DNA of 64,000 bases from Candidatus Saccharimonadota bacterium (GCA_020428315.1 JAGQNA010000003.1:155-64154); one strand, 5' to 3'; positions 1-9,618 are shown, numbered from the stretch's first letter. Notes: generated by a model not told the origin, from the letters alone. Numbers and translations are program-made.

Positions 1-6
1 GTAAGC

Positions 7-2532
7 ATGAAACGATTAGTACTTATAGACGGCATGAGTATATTTTATCGTGGATATTTTGCTATGCCTGGGTTGAGTTTACCAGATGGTACACCAACTG
101 GGGGAGTATACGGTTTTGCTAGTATTGCGATTGAAATAATCAAACAACTCAAACCGGATTATGTGGTAGTGGCTTGGGATAAATCCAAAACTGCAACCGC
201 AAAGCGTAAGGAAATTTTTCCTGACTATAAAGCCGGACGCACTCGCCCGCCAGATGATTTCTTTGTTCAAATACCGCTGCTTCATGATTTGCTGGATAGT
301 TTTGGTTGGCCAGTTTTAGAGCTCGATAGTTACGAAGCTGACGATATTATTGGTACTCTTTCAGTTGATGCGACCAGTAAGGGAATCGAAACCTGTATTA
401 TTAGTGGTGATTACGATATGATGCAGTTGCTTAACTCGCATACTAGAGTGTATATAAACAAAAAAGGCAGTGATATGATGCGCTTCACTGAAGTTGAGTT
501 TGAACAGAAGTATGGCATAAAGACAACTCAATTCGTTGACTATAAGGCACTTGTCGGTGACTCGTCTGATAATATTCCGGGCGTGCATGGTATTGGGCCA
601 AAGGCAGCACAGACTTTATTGAGAGATTACGATACGCTTGATGTAATTTATGAAAATATTGACAATCTCAAGGACGTACAAAAATTAAAATTAGAAAATG
701 ACAAAACTAATGCGTTCATGAGCCGTGAGTTGGCTAAGATTTTTTGTGATGCACCGATTGAACTTGACTGGAAAGAAGCTGACATACATCATACTGACTT
801 ACCAGCTGTCGCTAGCAAACTAAAGGAGTTTGAATTCCATTCGTTGATTAAACGTCTACCGCAACATATGCAAGACGTGGCTGATACAAGCTTATATTTC
901 CATGAAGCCGACGAGGTGAATCTTAAAGAGGTAGCTTGGCCTTCTCAGGTTACGATTGATGGTCCGTTTGTGCTTCATCTAGTTGATGATGAGCTTTGGG
1001 CATCATTTACGCCAACAACAGTTACGCACACTAACGTCAAAGATATTGATAGTAGTTTTTGGCGCGTAGTAGAGTTTGGGTTGGTAATTAGTTACGATGT
1101 AAAAGATTTGTATCATAAATTAACAAAACAGGGGATTACGCTACAGTTTAGTGATTTACACGACATTCGACAGTCAGCGTTTTTACTTGATCCGCTTAGA
1201 CGTGATCGCACGCTCGGCGGTTTAATCGGTGGCGAGCTTGTTCTACCGATTGAAGAGGTAGCGGCGATACGTCAAATTTATGGTTGGCAAATTAAATCAT
1301 TTGATGAGAAGCCCAAAGTCGCCGAAATTGCACGCAAGTTTGATTTTCCATTGATTTATCATCTGTTTAAGATGGAGTATCAAGGCATTAAGCTTGACAC
1401 AAGACTCCTCGGTCAAATGAACGATGAGGTAGGTAGAAAGTATCATGATCTTGAGAAACAAATGTATCAGCTAGCTGGTGGTGAGTTTAATATCGCTAGC
1501 CCAGCTCAATTATCAGAGATTCTGTTTACTAAGCTCATGCTACCAACTACTGGCATAAAAAAAGGTAAAACTGGCTATAGCACTGGTCAGAAGGAACTTG
1601 ATAAACTGCGAGGTTTGCATCCTATCATCGAGCTGATTGAGCAAACTCGTGAGCTAGCAAAACTCAAGAATACTTATCTGGATACATTGCCTGAGCAGGT
1701 AGATGAAAGCTCACGGTTGCATACAACATTTAACCAGGATGTAGCAGCAACTGGTCGGCTAAGTAGTATAAATCCAAATCTACAGAATATTCCGATACGT
1801 ACTGAGATTGGCCGTAAGATTCGTGAAGCATTTATCCCTGAAAAGGACAATGTCTTTGTTAGTGCTGATTACTCACAGTTTGAGTTACGCTTAGCTGCTG
1901 TTTTAGCCAACGATAAACAAATGATTGATGATTTTAATGGCGATATTGATATTCATACGAAGACCGCGAGCGATGTCTATGGTATTCCGATAGACAAGGT
2001 AACTAAGAGTCAAAGGCGAGATGCTAAAGTGATTAATTTTGGTGTTTTGTATGGTATGGGTCCACATGCTTTGGCGCAAAATACCGGTATGACATTTGGT
2101 GATGCTAAGAGATTTATCGACATGTATTTTAAGCTTAGGAAACCAATCCGTAATTATATCGATACTACCCTAGAGAAAGCTAGGACAGAAGGTTACGTTG
2201 AAACCTTTCATGGCCGTCGCCGACCAACCCCAGACGTAAATAGCAGTAACTTTATGGTGCGAGAAGCTGGTAAGCGTGCGGCTGCAAACATGCCAATTCA
2301 GGGGACCGAAGCTGATTTAATGAAGCTAGCAATGATAAAAGTAGACAAAGAAATCGATAATCTAGGTGTGCAAATCTTGCAAATACATGATAGTATCTTG
2401 GTGGAATGTCCAAAAGATAACGCCGATAAAATTAGTAAAATTCTAAAGGAAACGATGGAAACAATTGCCCCAGAACTACCGATCAAATTAAAGGTTGATA
2501 TAAGTGTGGGTAAGAACTGGGGTGAATTGTGA
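7..2532 (+). CDS. polA: DNA polymerase I (5'-3' exonuclease domain + family A polymerase domain)
   Basis: 841-aa ORF; 5'-nuclease block LVLIDGMSIFYRGYF; pol motif A DYSQFELRLAA, motif B RRDAKVINFGVLYGMG, motif C QIHDSILVE; central domain shows no obvious DxE ExoI motif, so proofreading is probably absent. Confidence 0.95.
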   Translation: MKRLVLIDGMSIFYRGYFAMPGLSLPDGTPTGGVYGFASIAIEIIKQLKPDYVVVAWDKSKTATAKRKEIFPDYKAGRTRPPDDFFVQIPLLHDLLDSFGWPVLELDSYEADDIIGTLSVDATSKGIETCIISGDYDMMQLLNSHTRVYINKKGSDMMRFTEVEFEQKYGIKTTQFVDYKALVGDSSDNIPGVHGIGPKAAQTLLRDYDTLDVIYENIDNLKDVQKLKLENDKTNAFMSRELAKIFCDAPIELDWKEADIHHTDLPAVASKLKEFEFHSLIKRLPQHMQDVADTSLYFHEADEVNLKEVAWPSQVTIDGPFVLHLVDDELWASFTPTTVTHTNVKDIDSSFWRVVEFGLVISYDVKDLYHKLTKQGITLQFSDLHDIRQSAFLLDPLRRDRTLGGLIGGELVLPIEEVAAIRQIYGWQIKSFDEKPKVAEIARKFDFPLIYHLFKMEYQGIKLDTRLLGQMNDEVGRKYHDLEKQMYQLAGGEFNIASPAQLSEILFTKLMLPTTGIKKGKTGYSTGQKELDKLRGLHPIIELIEQTRELAKLKNTYLDTLPEQVDESSRLHTTFNQDVAATGRLSSINPNLQNIPIRTEIGRKIREAFIPEKDNVFVSADYSQFELRLAAVLANDKQMIDDFNGDIDIHTKTASDVYGIPIDKVTKSQRRDAKVINFGVLYGMGPHALAQNTGMTFGDAKRFIDMYFKLRKPIRNYIDTTLEKARTEGYVETFHGRRRPTPDVNSSNFMVREAGKRAAANMPIQGTEADLMKLAMIKVDKEIDNLGVQILQIHDSILVECPKDNADKISKILKETMETIAPELPIKLKVDISVGKNWGEL

Positions 2533-3413
2533 TAGGTGGTGAGATATTACGTAAGCCAAGATGGCGACGGTTTTTACCAAGACGACAGTTTGCGTCTAAG
2601 CAACATGTTGCTGATTCTAATGTTTTTGATGAATCCTTCAGGCAGTTAATGAATCTAAACATAACAGATGTTAAGACTGCCAGCGAGGCTCGAAAGATAC
2701 TTGCTAGGAATAGCCAGCAAGGGTTAAAAGATAAGATATCACAGTTGGTTTTAGCAACTCCACGTGCTGCGCAAGCACAACTTGAGATGGATAGACACCA
2801 AGGAGGCTACCGTAATCATAAAGCACGACTTTTTGAGCTTATTGAATTTAATGATATCTTTGTTGACACTGTACTAACTTTACCTGACGACATGTTAATA
2901 GATTTTACCCTTAAGATTCACAAGCTAATGGATAGTTTTTGTAAAAAGATCAATTGTCTAATGTTTACCGATGAGCAGTTCGATGCCATTGTTCATGGGT
3001 TAAGTCGTGAGATTGCCGTATATAAAGCTGTTAGGTCTGAATCTGGAATGTCGGTAGTCATGGCAAACCGCGTCGAGGATGCTCATGGGGTAGATATGAC
3101 TATCGAGGACGAATTCGGAAGAAAAATGGGAATAGACTGTAAGACGCGTTCTTCATTCCATTTTAGGCTACTTGATCTAAAACGCAAGGGAGTGGTTACT
3201 GAGGAAGAGCGTTTGACAGCTGAGCTACTTGGCTATGCAGTTCTAACAAAAGGCAGTCAGAATGATTTTGTTCGGACAACACTACTTCGAGTATCGACAA
3301 AGGAGCTAGGTGATATTAAAGACTTTGCATTTCTTGACAGTAGTAGACTAATTGATTTACTAAGGACTGCAATGGACGCGCAGAACACATCAAGAACGAG
3401 AGATATCCATTGA
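2529..3413 (+). CDS. Hypothetical protein, start overlaps polA stop; weak PD-(D/E)xK nuclease-like motif
   Basis: 294-aa ORF; GTG at 2529 overlaps polA TGA (GTGA); segment AHGVDMTIEDEFGRKMGIDCKT fits D...(D/E)xK spacing; no family recognised. Confidence 0.5.
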   Translation: MIGGEILRKPRWRRFLPRRQFASKQHVADSNVFDESFRQLMNLNITDVKTASEARKILARNSQQGLKDKISQLVLATPRAAQAQLEMDRHQGGYRNHKARLFELIEFNDIFVDTVLTLPDDMLIDFTLKIHKLMDSFCKKINCLMFTDEQFDAIVHGLSREIAVYKAVRSESGMSVVMANRVEDAHGVDMTIEDEFGRKMGIDCKTRSSFHFRLLDLKRKGVVTEEERLTAELLGYAVLTKGSQNDFVRTTLLRVSTKELGDIKDFAFLDSSRLIDLLRTAMDAQNTSRTRDIH

Positions 3414-3438
3414 CAATACCATCGTAAAGTGATACAAT
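3410..3438 (+). promoter_or_regulatory. Sigma70-type promoter TTGACA-17 nt-TGaTACAAT, leaderless geometry for ORF 3445
   Basis: TTGACA 3410-3415, 17-nt spacer, extended -10 TGaTACAAT ending 3438, ATG at 3445 (6-nt gap), no SD. Confidence 0.7.
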
Positions 3439-3444
3439 TCTAGT

Positions 3445-4068
3445 ATGCAAAGAACAGGTGGCTCAAGGTTTTTACCCTTTCTAATAACAGTGATTATAAT
3501 TGTATTGGTTGTAATGGCTGTAATTTCTATTGGACGGTTGATTTTTTCCGATAAAAGCAAAGACACCAAACAGACTGTTGATCCTGGAATATCGGCCCTG
3601 ACTAATGTAAATGCTAAAAATAGTGTACGTATGACTATGCGTGGTCCGATTGTCGCTGAGGAAAAATTCCAGTCATTTACTTTAACGGTAGGAACGACAA
3701 AACGTGAACTAGCTGTATACGATGGCTACCTGGAAACATTAAATAAACGCAAAGTACTAGATAATAATATTCGTGCATACGAACAATTGGTGTTTGCACT
3801 TGATAAAGCAAACATGATGGTAGGTATTCAGCCTGATGACAAGAAAGCTAACGATTTACGAGGAATTTGTGCAAGTGGCTACGTGTACGTGTATGAAGTA
3901 CTCGAAAATGATGAGCCTGTAAAAAAATTGTGGACATCATCTTGCAAAGGCTCGATTGGTACTCTAAAAGCAAGTACTGACCAGTTAAACAATTTGTTTT
4001 TCAATCAAATACCCGGTTCTAGAAAATTAGTACCTTTTACAGGCCCGTCTAGTAGTTTGACGCTTTAG
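3445..4068 (+). CDS. Hypothetical membrane-anchored protein (one N-terminal TM helix, extracytoplasmic domain with 3 Cys)
   Basis: 207-aa ORF; hydrophobic FLPFLITVIIIVLVVMAVISIG near N-terminus; own promoter. Confidence 0.6.
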   Translation: MQRTGGSRFLPFLITVIIIVLVVMAVISIGRLIFSDKSKDTKQTVDPGISALTNVNAKNSVRMTMRGPIVAEEKFQSFTLTVGTTKRELAVYDGYLETLNKRKVLDNNIRAYEQLVFALDKANMMVGIQPDDKKANDLRGICASGYVYVYEVLENDEPVKKLWTSSCKGSIGTLKASTDQLNNLFFNQIPGSRKLVPFTGPSSSLTL

Positions 4069-4074
4069 CTGCTG

Positions 4075-4080
4075 TATAAT
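4075..4080 (+). promoter_or_regulatory. -10 box TATAAT, 6 nt upstream of ATG 4087
   Basis: gctgTATAATaagttcATG; no SD. Confidence 0.5.
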
Positions 4081-4086
4081 AAGTTC

Positions 4087-4668
4087 ATGATAAAGGCGAT
4101 TATATTTGATTGTTTTGGGGTTCTTTTTAGATCAAGTCTCGACCATATTCGGTCGATTACACCTAGTGAGCGACTTGAGGAGCTGGAAGACTATCGGATA
4201 CAGCACGACAGAGGATACATAAACCAAGATAATTTCTTGAGGCATATAGCAGATATCATCGATTGGCCCGTACAGAAGGTGAAATCATACATGCGCTCAG
4301 AGCATATTTTGAATGATGAACTGGTTGGATGTATATCTGAACTGAAGAAAGAGTATAAGATCGGTTTGTTGACTAATGTAGGTCAAGGTTGGCTAGACGA
4401 AATGTTCCCGGCGGGGATGCTTGAAAACCTGTTTGATAGCGTTGTTGAATCCAGTACCGTTGGAATAGTTAAGCCGGAACCTGAGATCTATCAACACTCT
4501 GCTCGTACGCTAGGACTTGATACAAAGGAGTGTTGCTTTATAGATGATTCCCTCCGAAACGTCGAAGGTGCAAAAAATGTAGGCATGGAAGTGATTCTTT
4601 ATACAACTAATCAAAGTACGATAGAGAGGCTTAATCAACTTGGAGTAAACAGTGCCAGAATTACCTGA
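4087..4668 (+). CDS. HAD superfamily hydrolase (subfamily IA-like phosphatase)
   Basis: Motif I IIFDCFGVL, LLTNVG, and KPEPEIY...CCFIDDSLRNVEGAKNVGM typical of HAD-IA. Confidence 0.8.
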   Translation: MIKAIIFDCFGVLFRSSLDHIRSITPSERLEELEDYRIQHDRGYINQDNFLRHIADIIDWPVQKVKSYMRSEHILNDELVGCISELKKEYKIGLLTNVGQGWLDEMFPAGMLENLFDSVVESSTVGIVKPEPEIYQHSARTLGLDTKECCFIDDSLRNVEGAKNVGMEVILYTTNQSTIERLNQLGVNSARIT

Positions 4669-5539
4669 GGTCGAGACCGTCTGTCGTGGCTTGGGTAGTT
4701 TGATTGTTGGACATACAATTAGATTACTTTCTTGCGATGATTCACCACGTAGTTTTCCAAATATCAAAACGGAGGTCGACTTATTTGTAATTGGAGCCAG
4801 CGTTATGGGAATACGCAGACGAGCAAAATTGTTAATGTTAGACTTATCGACTGGATATAGTCTAGTGGTGCACTTAAAAATGACTGGTCAACTGGTCTAT
4901 CGAGGTGATACGCAAGATTTTGGAGCTGGTCATCCAAGCGATAGCTTGGTGGGTGAGTTGCCAGATAAATCAACCCGAGTAATAATAGAGTTCAACAATA
5001 ACTCAAAGTTATTTTTTAATGATCAGCGTAAGTTTGGCTGGATGAAGCTTTATCCGACAGTAGAGATTCCAAATATTGATTTTATGCAGAAAGTTGGTCC
5101 TGAACCACTAGAAAAGGAGTTTACGGCTAAAGTATTTATTTCACGGATACGCAGACGTAATGGAACAACTATTAAAGCCGCTATTTTAGATCAGACTGTA
5201 CTTGCAGGAGTGGGCAATATATATGCCGATGAAAGCTTGTGGGGGGCAAAAATCCATCCAGCGACAAGAGTAAAAAACATATCTGATAAAAAACTGGCAT
5301 TACTCTTAAAAGAGATTAAATACGTTATGGGCTTATCAATTGAAAAGGGTGGTTCAACAAGTAAGAACTACGTAGACGCAGAAGGAAATAAGGGCAGCTA
5401 TATGGACTTTGCCAGAGTATTTCAGCGTAACGGACTAGCTTGTTCGCGACATTCAGATACTATGATCGAGAAAATCCGTGTAGCCGGACGGGGGACTCAT
5501 ATATGCCCAGTCTGTCAGCCAGAGACTGAGGCAAATTAG
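4652..5539 (+). CDS. mutM: Formamidopyrimidine-DNA glycosylase
   Basis: N-terminus (M)PELPEVETV with catalytic Pro2; C-terminal zinc finger C..H...CPVC; GTG start overlaps upstream gene by 17 nt. Confidence 0.92.
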   Translation: MPELPEVETVCRGLGSLIVGHTIRLLSCDDSPRSFPNIKTEVDLFVIGASVMGIRRRAKLLMLDLSTGYSLVVHLKMTGQLVYRGDTQDFGAGHPSDSLVGELPDKSTRVIIEFNNNSKLFFNDQRKFGWMKLYPTVEIPNIDFMQKVGPEPLEKEFTAKVFISRIRRRNGTTIKAAILDQTVLAGVGNIYADESLWGAKIHPATRVKNISDKKLALLLKEIKYVMGLSIEKGGSTSKNYVDAEGNKGSYMDFARVFQRNGLACSRHSDTMIEKIRVAGRGTHICPVCQPETEAN

Positions 5540-5559
5540 TCATCATTAGTATACTGAAG

Positions 5560-5565
5560 TATACT
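5560..5565 (+). promoter_or_regulatory. -10 box TATACT, 7 nt upstream of ATG 5573 (duplicated agtatactg at 5548-5556 and 5558-5566)
   Basis: agTATACTgtaggtaATG; no SD. Confidence 0.45.
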
Positions 5566-5572
5566 GTAGGTA

Positions 5573-6469
5573 ATGCTAGTTCTTCACGGTGAAAATAGTT
5601 ATGAAAAAGATCAGGCTATCAAGAAACTCACTAAAAACTTTGATGGCGAGGTGGCTATTAAGTATGGAGATGAAATTTCAATCTCAGATTTGCCTGATTT
5701 ATTCATGGGGCAATCATTATTTAGTACTCAACGACTAGTAATCATTAAGAACCTTTCAGATAATAAATCGCTCTGGGATAGGCTAGAAGAGTGGGCCCAG
5801 AGACTAAGTGATGGCAACCACCTTGTGCTATCGGAAAGCAAAATAGATAAGAGATCTTTAGTGTGGAAGTACTTGCAAAAATATGCAAAAGTACAGGAGC
5901 TTCCTTTACTTACTAGTAAAGACAAAACTTATGTGACCAGTTGGTTAAAGGAATGTGCAAATAGCAAAGGTTTACTATTAGAAACTAAGTATGCAAACTA
6001 TTTAATTAATAGAATCGGATTCAACCAGTGGTATCTGGCCAGTGCGGTAGACAAATTAGCCCTTGCAGCTATAGTAGATGAACATACTATAGATAAAGTC
6101 AGTGATATTAGTAACAAAGAGGTAGCATTTAATTTGTTAGAAATGAGCCTAATGGGTAAGACTAAGCAGCTTAGAATAGTCCTTGACTCGGTAAAAAAAA
6201 CAGAAGACCCGTATAGGGTTATGGGCCTAATTAGTTCACAAATTATTCAGCTTTCGGCTGTTGATGCCCAGAAAAATATGTCAACAACTGAGATAGCTCA
6301 AGAACTAAATATGAAACCATTTATTGTTGGAAAACTTAGTAAACTGACTAGCTATTATCGACGTGAGTACATTAGCTTAATTGCGAAAGTGGATTTATGC
6401 ATAAAAACAAAAAATACTCGACCTTGGGAAATGGTCGAGTATCTATTGATACAAATCGCGCTAAAGTAA
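5573..6469 (+). CDS. holA: DNA polymerase III delta subunit
   Basis: 298 aa; N-terminal LVLHGENSYEKDQAIKKL and C-terminal helical region resemble HolA; family-level call from pattern only. Confidence 0.6.
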   Translation: MLVLHGENSYEKDQAIKKLTKNFDGEVAIKYGDEISISDLPDLFMGQSLFSTQRLVIIKNLSDNKSLWDRLEEWAQRLSDGNHLVLSESKIDKRSLVWKYLQKYAKVQELPLLTSKDKTYVTSWLKECANSKGLLLETKYANYLINRIGFNQWYLASAVDKLALAAIVDEHTIDKVSDISNKEVAFNLLEMSLMGKTKQLRIVLDSVKKTEDPYRVMGLISSQIIQLSAVDAQKNMSTTEIAQELNMKPFIVGKLSKLTSYYRREYISLIAKVDLCIKTKNTRPWEMVEYLLIQIALK

Positions 6470-6473
6470 TAAA

Positions 6474-6842
6474 CTACTTTTTAGCCGTAGGTTTTTTTGT
6501 AGCTGTTTTTGCTGTAGTTTTTTTAGCAGTTGGTTTTTTCTCAGTAGTCTTTGGCGTAGCAGTCTTTGCAGGAGCTTTTTTAGTAGTTGGTGCCAGCTTA
6601 ACACCTGCTTCTTTAGCAGCTTTAGCTAAGTTAGCCTTACGACGTGCAACAGTATTTTTTTTGAGAAGATTTTTCTTGAGTGCTTTGTCGAGCTCAGAGT
6701 GGGCTTTCGCAAGGGTCTCACTAGATGGGGATTGATTAAATTTCTTAGTTGCTTCTTTTATCGCACGTTTTGTAGCTATATTTCGTTCGCGACGGATATT
6801 TGCTTGACGTACACGCTTAATCGCTGATTTAATGATTGGCAC
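6474..6842 (-). CDS. rpsT: 30S ribosomal protein S20 with Lys/Ala/Thr/Pro-rich C-terminal extension
   Basis: MPIIKSAIKRVRQANIRRERN start (GTG); last ~35 aa are AKK/TAKK/PTAKK repeats; SD AAGGA upstream. Confidence 0.9.
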   Translation of the reverse strand: MPIIKSAIKRVRQANIRRERNIATKRAIKEATKKFNQSPSSETLAKAHSELDKALKKNLLKKNTVARRKANLAKAAKEAGVKLAPTTKKAPAKTATPKTTEKKPTAKKTTAKTATKKPTAKK

Positions 6843-6942
6843 TTATATAATCCTTTGACTTTTAGTAGTTGCTATTACAATCAAGAGGTAATTATAGGGT
6901 AAATTACTTAAAAAGTAAAGCACTACAGATTAAAGATTTTTC

Positions 6943-6972
6943 TTGACTGTATTGTTACGCTTATGCTAGAGT
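6943..6972 (+). promoter_or_regulatory. Promoter TTGACT-18-TGcTAGAGT for ORF 7011 (leadered, ~30-nt 5' UTR)
   Basis: TTGACT 6943-6948; TGcTAGAGT 6964-6972; AGGAAA before ATG 7011. Confidence 0.5.
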
Positions 6973-7010
6973 AGAGTTATAAAAGCGCTAAAAAATAAAT
7001 AGGAAACAAA

Positions 7011-8900
7011 ATGGCAAATCTAACCAATGCCAGACAACAGCTAGCAGATAAGATAAAAGACGTTAATACGGTACTAGTTACTGTTGGTAAAAGCCCGGAT
7101 GTTGACGAGCTGTCTGCGGCTTTAGGTTTGACCATTATGTTAAACAAGCTTAATAAACATGCCACCGCAGTGGTGAGCGGTGAAATTCCACCGGCTATTG
7201 ATTTTTTAAATCCAGGATTGACTTTTGAAAATACCGTAGATAGCCTCCGTGATTTCATTATTGCTCTAGACAAAGAAAAAGCCGACCACCTTCGCTATAA
7301 GGTAGAAGGCGAGGTAGTTAAGATATTTATCACGCCGTATCGCACAAGGATTGATGAAGCAGATCTAGAGTTTACTCAGGGAGACTATAATGTTGAACTT
7401 GTGATAGCTATTGGCGTAAAGGATAAGAATGATCTTGACGCAGCACTAGAAGCTCATGGAAAAATTCTTCATGATGCAACAGTGGCGACTGTCAGTGCTA
7501 GTCAATCAAGTAACTTAGGTAGTATAGATTGGTATGATTCAAGTGCTAGTAGTGTTTCTGAGATGCTTGTTAGCTTGAGCGAGTCATTAAAGAATGACAA
7601 GCCACTACTTGATGAGCAAAGTGCAACAGCATTTTTGACAGGAATAGTAGCAACAACTGATCGATTTAGTAATGATAATACCAGTAGTAAAGTGATGACA
7701 ATGGCTGCACAGTTAATGACAGCTGGTGCAAATCAACAGCTGATTGCTGAGAAACTAGAAGAGGCGTATACAATTGATGCTCCAGAGGCTAGCCTTGACG
7801 ACTATGACAATCAAGAACAGAATGCCGATGAAAAATCTGAAGAGCAACAGTCTGATGAGGTAGCAAGTGATGGCAGTTTAGCAATATCTCATGAAAGAGA
7901 GGGTGATTTAGATACAGTAGCCCGTGATGTCATGAGAGAAAATCAAGAAAAGGCCGCTGTTAAAGCCGAAGATGCACTCGCCGAACAGTTAAATCTAGCT
8001 GGTACAAGTACACAGGCGAGCCAGTCTACAGCGTTAGACATTCAGAAAGACCTTGCTAATTTGAATACGCAGGCTAGTACAATTAACGACTTGAATTCTG
8101 TAAGTGATAAAACTATGCCTGGTTTTGAGCCGATACTTGGTGGAACTTTGAATGCCACGACCGAGCAGGCGGCAACAGATAAGCGCCTAGAGGAAGCAAG
8201 TCAGCAAAATCGAGCGATTTTATCACATAGCTCCTCAACCTATACTAGTGATAAGCCAGCCTTTGACACACCTTTGAACGCTGCTCAGATGCCGGATCCA
8301 GATGGCGTAGGTAGTGGTTTGCCATTGCTACCTCAAGATAATCCTACAGTCAGCGGCTCACCACTTACGAACCTGGAACCATCACAGGCTACACTTGAAG
8401 TGCCTGAGAGCCAAGTATTACCTTCTTTACCGCCTCTACCGCCAATTCAGCTAGATGCATCGACCACATCCGAGCCGATAGTTGACAGTTCTTCACCAAC
8501 ATTGGCAGAGATTGATCAGCAGAATCGTCAGTTGCCACCTGAACATACCGATGCATTGGCAGATGTACAGGCAGTATTTGACAGTCCTCCATCTTCCGAA
8601 AGCCTACCTCCGGTAGTATCGGATTTTGGTAATACACAATTTGGTGCGTTGCCGCCACTTCCTGATTTCAGTGCACCTCTGCCACCGCCACCGCCTATGG
8701 GCATGCCAATGGATAGCCTACCCCAGTTACCAACTTCTTCGCTACCTCCTATTGATACATCAGTTGCTCTACCTGCCGTGCAGCCGGCAGAACAACTAGG
8801 ACAAATTTTCGGTGATATACCAGGCCAGCCTTCTCAGGCTGAGACTGCCTCAGTAGAACCTACTAGTGATCCTGCCCAATTTAAGCTACCTGGTCAGTAG
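7011..8900 (+). CDS. DHH/NrnA-like domain protein with degenerate catalytic motifs and a long disordered acidic then Pro/Ser/Gln-rich tail
   Basis: VLVTVGKSPDVDELSAALGL (cf. HxxPDGDAxGS) and FLTGIVATTDRF (cf. DTGxF), but no DHH triad (reads VKDKND); residues ~250-629 low complexity. Confidence 0.5.
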   Translation: MANLTNARQQLADKIKDVNTVLVTVGKSPDVDELSAALGLTIMLNKLNKHATAVVSGEIPPAIDFLNPGLTFENTVDSLRDFIIALDKEKADHLRYKVEGEVVKIFITPYRTRIDEADLEFTQGDYNVELVIAIGVKDKNDLDAALEAHGKILHDATVATVSASQSSNLGSIDWYDSSASSVSEMLVSLSESLKNDKPLLDEQSATAFLTGIVATTDRFSNDNTSSKVMTMAAQLMTAGANQQLIAEKLEEAYTIDAPEASLDDYDNQEQNADEKSEEQQSDEVASDGSLAISHEREGDLDTVARDVMRENQEKAAVKAEDALAEQLNLAGTSTQASQSTALDIQKDLANLNTQASTINDLNSVSDKTMPGFEPILGGTLNATTEQAATDKRLEEASQQNRAILSHSSSTYTSDKPAFDTPLNAAQMPDPDGVGSGLPLLPQDNPTVSGSPLTNLEPSQATLEVPESQVLPSLPPLPPIQLDASTTSEPIVDSSSPTLAEIDQQNRQLPPEHTDALADVQAVFDSPPSSESLPPVVSDFGNTQFGALPPLPDFSAPLPPPPPMGMPMDSLPQLPTSSLPPIDTSVALPAVQPAEQLGQIFGDIPGQPSQAETASVEPTSDPAQFKLPGQ

Positions 8901-8903
8901 ACT

Positions 8904-8912
8904 TGCTATAAT
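8904..8912 (+). promoter_or_regulatory. Extended -10 TGcTATAAT, 7 nt upstream of truB ATG
   Basis: acTTGCTATAATctagcctATG; no SD. Confidence 0.6.
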
Positions 8913-8919
8913 CTAGCCT

Positions 8920-9606
8920 ATGCAATTCAATCTTTCTGAACAAAAAGACGGTATTTTACTTGTTGACAAACCGGGCGGTTGGACGAGTTTTGATGTCTGC
9001 GCTAAGATACGTGGGCAAATTAAGGCTGAATATAGGGCACGTGATGAAAGACCAACTAAGCGACAATTGAAAGTTGGTCATGCCGGTACGCTAGACCCAT
9101 TCGCGACCGGATTACTAGTGATTTTATTAGGTAGTGCCACGAAACAAGCGACTGAGTTTTTAAAACTGGACAAGGTCTATGAGGCAACAATTTACTTAGG
9201 GCAAACTAGCAGTACGGGCGATCCTGAAGGCAAAATTACTAACATATCTGACAGTCAGCCTTCTATTGACGAGGTTCATGAGGCGATTAAGCGATTTGTA
9301 GGTAAGATTTGGCAGCGACCGCCAGCCTATAGCGCTGTTAAGATAAATGGGCAACGAGCCTATAAGCTGGCAAGGCAAGGCAAGCAAGTGGAAGTACCGT
9401 TACGTGAAGTGACTATCCATTCGATTGAAATAATAGAATACAGCTATCCTGAACTAAGAATTCGTACTCATGTTGGTTCGGGGACATATATACGTACCTT
9501 AGCAGAAGATATCGGCCAAATAATTGGAATTGGTGCGTATTGTAGTGAGTTGAGGCGAATCCAGGTTGGAAAATGGACACTTATTGATTTACCAGTTGAA
9601 TTATGA
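8920..9606 (+). CDS. truB: tRNA pseudouridine(55) synthase
   Basis: GILLVDKPGGWTSFDV and GHAGTLDPFATG (catalytic Asp) motifs. Confidence 0.93.
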   Translation: MQFNLSEQKDGILLVDKPGGWTSFDVCAKIRGQIKAEYRARDERPTKRQLKVGHAGTLDPFATGLLVILLGSATKQATEFLKLDKVYEATIYLGQTSSTGDPEGKITNISDSQPSIDEVHEAIKRFVGKIWQRPPAYSAVKINGQRAYKLARQGKQVEVPLREVTIHSIEIIEYSYPELRIRTHVGSGTYIRTLAEDIGQIIGIGAYCSELRRIQVGKWTLIDLPVEL

Positions 9607-9612
9607 TATAAT
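9604..9612 (+). promoter_or_regulatory. Extended -10 TGaTATAAT, 6 nt upstream of ATG 9619
   Basis: tTGATATAATagaagtATG; overlaps truB stop. Confidence 0.55.
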
Positions 9613-9618
9613 AGAAGT

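Noticed and set aside
6397-6735. 112-aa plus-strand ORF
   Set aside because: It is antisense to rpsT. Its low-complexity translation is a by-product of the Lys/Ala-repeat tail of S20 on the other strand.
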